A stretch of 63,778 bases of DNA, the filler included, from Dugesia japonica (Eukaryota), in the NCBI GenBank assembly GCA_001938525.1. It is 5 parts of 5 records of this genome, joined end to end, with 100 filler letters (N's around TTAATTAATTAA, not from the genome) between each part and the next. Parts side by side here need not be neighbours in the genome. Positions count along the whole stretch, not along the records: positions 55,058 to 63,778 come from MQRL01261656.1; 4 more parts are not named here. One strand, 5' to 3'. The translations under genes were made by a program, and so were the position numbers. The notes beneath the pieces were generated by a model, which was not told where the DNA came from, searched no databases, and saw only the letters and a list, made by a program, of their open reading frames with translations. How positions within the stretch are numbered: the first letter of the stretch is position 1; every line of letters starts with the position of its first letter. This document shows, one piece after another, positions 63,576 through 63,778 of the stretch.

Positions 63576-63778
63576 CATACATTTTTTTATTTTTCTTTTT
63601 ATTTATTTATTATTTTTTTAAATTTAATAAAGGAATTTAAAATTATTTTTTTTTTGAATTTTTTTTTTAAATATTTTTTTAAAAAATTTTTTTTTTAGAA
63701 TTTCTTTTTTTTGGAAATAATATGTAAACGGTAAATAAATTGTTTATATACAAATTTGTTGTAACACAACCTAACTAA

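Overview
Very AT-rich eukaryotic DNA, probably from an invertebrate animal, with short GT-AG introns of about 40-55 nt; the species cannot be determined from the sequence. Four N-runs carry an artificial TTAATTAATTAA linker (about 17768, 29878, 44938, 55002), so the window is probably five joined contigs and adjacency across them is unproven. Host genes are a partial supervillin-like gene (+, about 33280-44166) and two exons of an alkaline phosphatase (-, 46859-49644). The rest is nested, decayed mobile DNA dominated by Polinton/Maverick (adintovirus-like) endogenous viruses. Element A (about 9770-16955) has a double-jelly-roll MCP, a Zn-finger/PLA2/integrase fusion, a small GG|FLP-type protein and a pPolB. 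Element B (23343-29460) is bounded by TIRs and a 6-bp TSD and appears inserted into the hammerhead ribozyme of a Penelope-like element. Further AGTAG...CTACT-type ends lie next to TBP-like genes, a packaging ATPase and intron-containing SSB-like genes; this is the best candidate for an undescribed system. Also present are Merlin (one with a nested Tc1 and an apparent intron), MULE, mariner, piggyBac, hAT, Gypsy, RLE non-LTR and Penelope remnants, several minimal hammerheads, and a short 18S rRNA fragment. All family calls come from motif recognition by eye; no searches were run.
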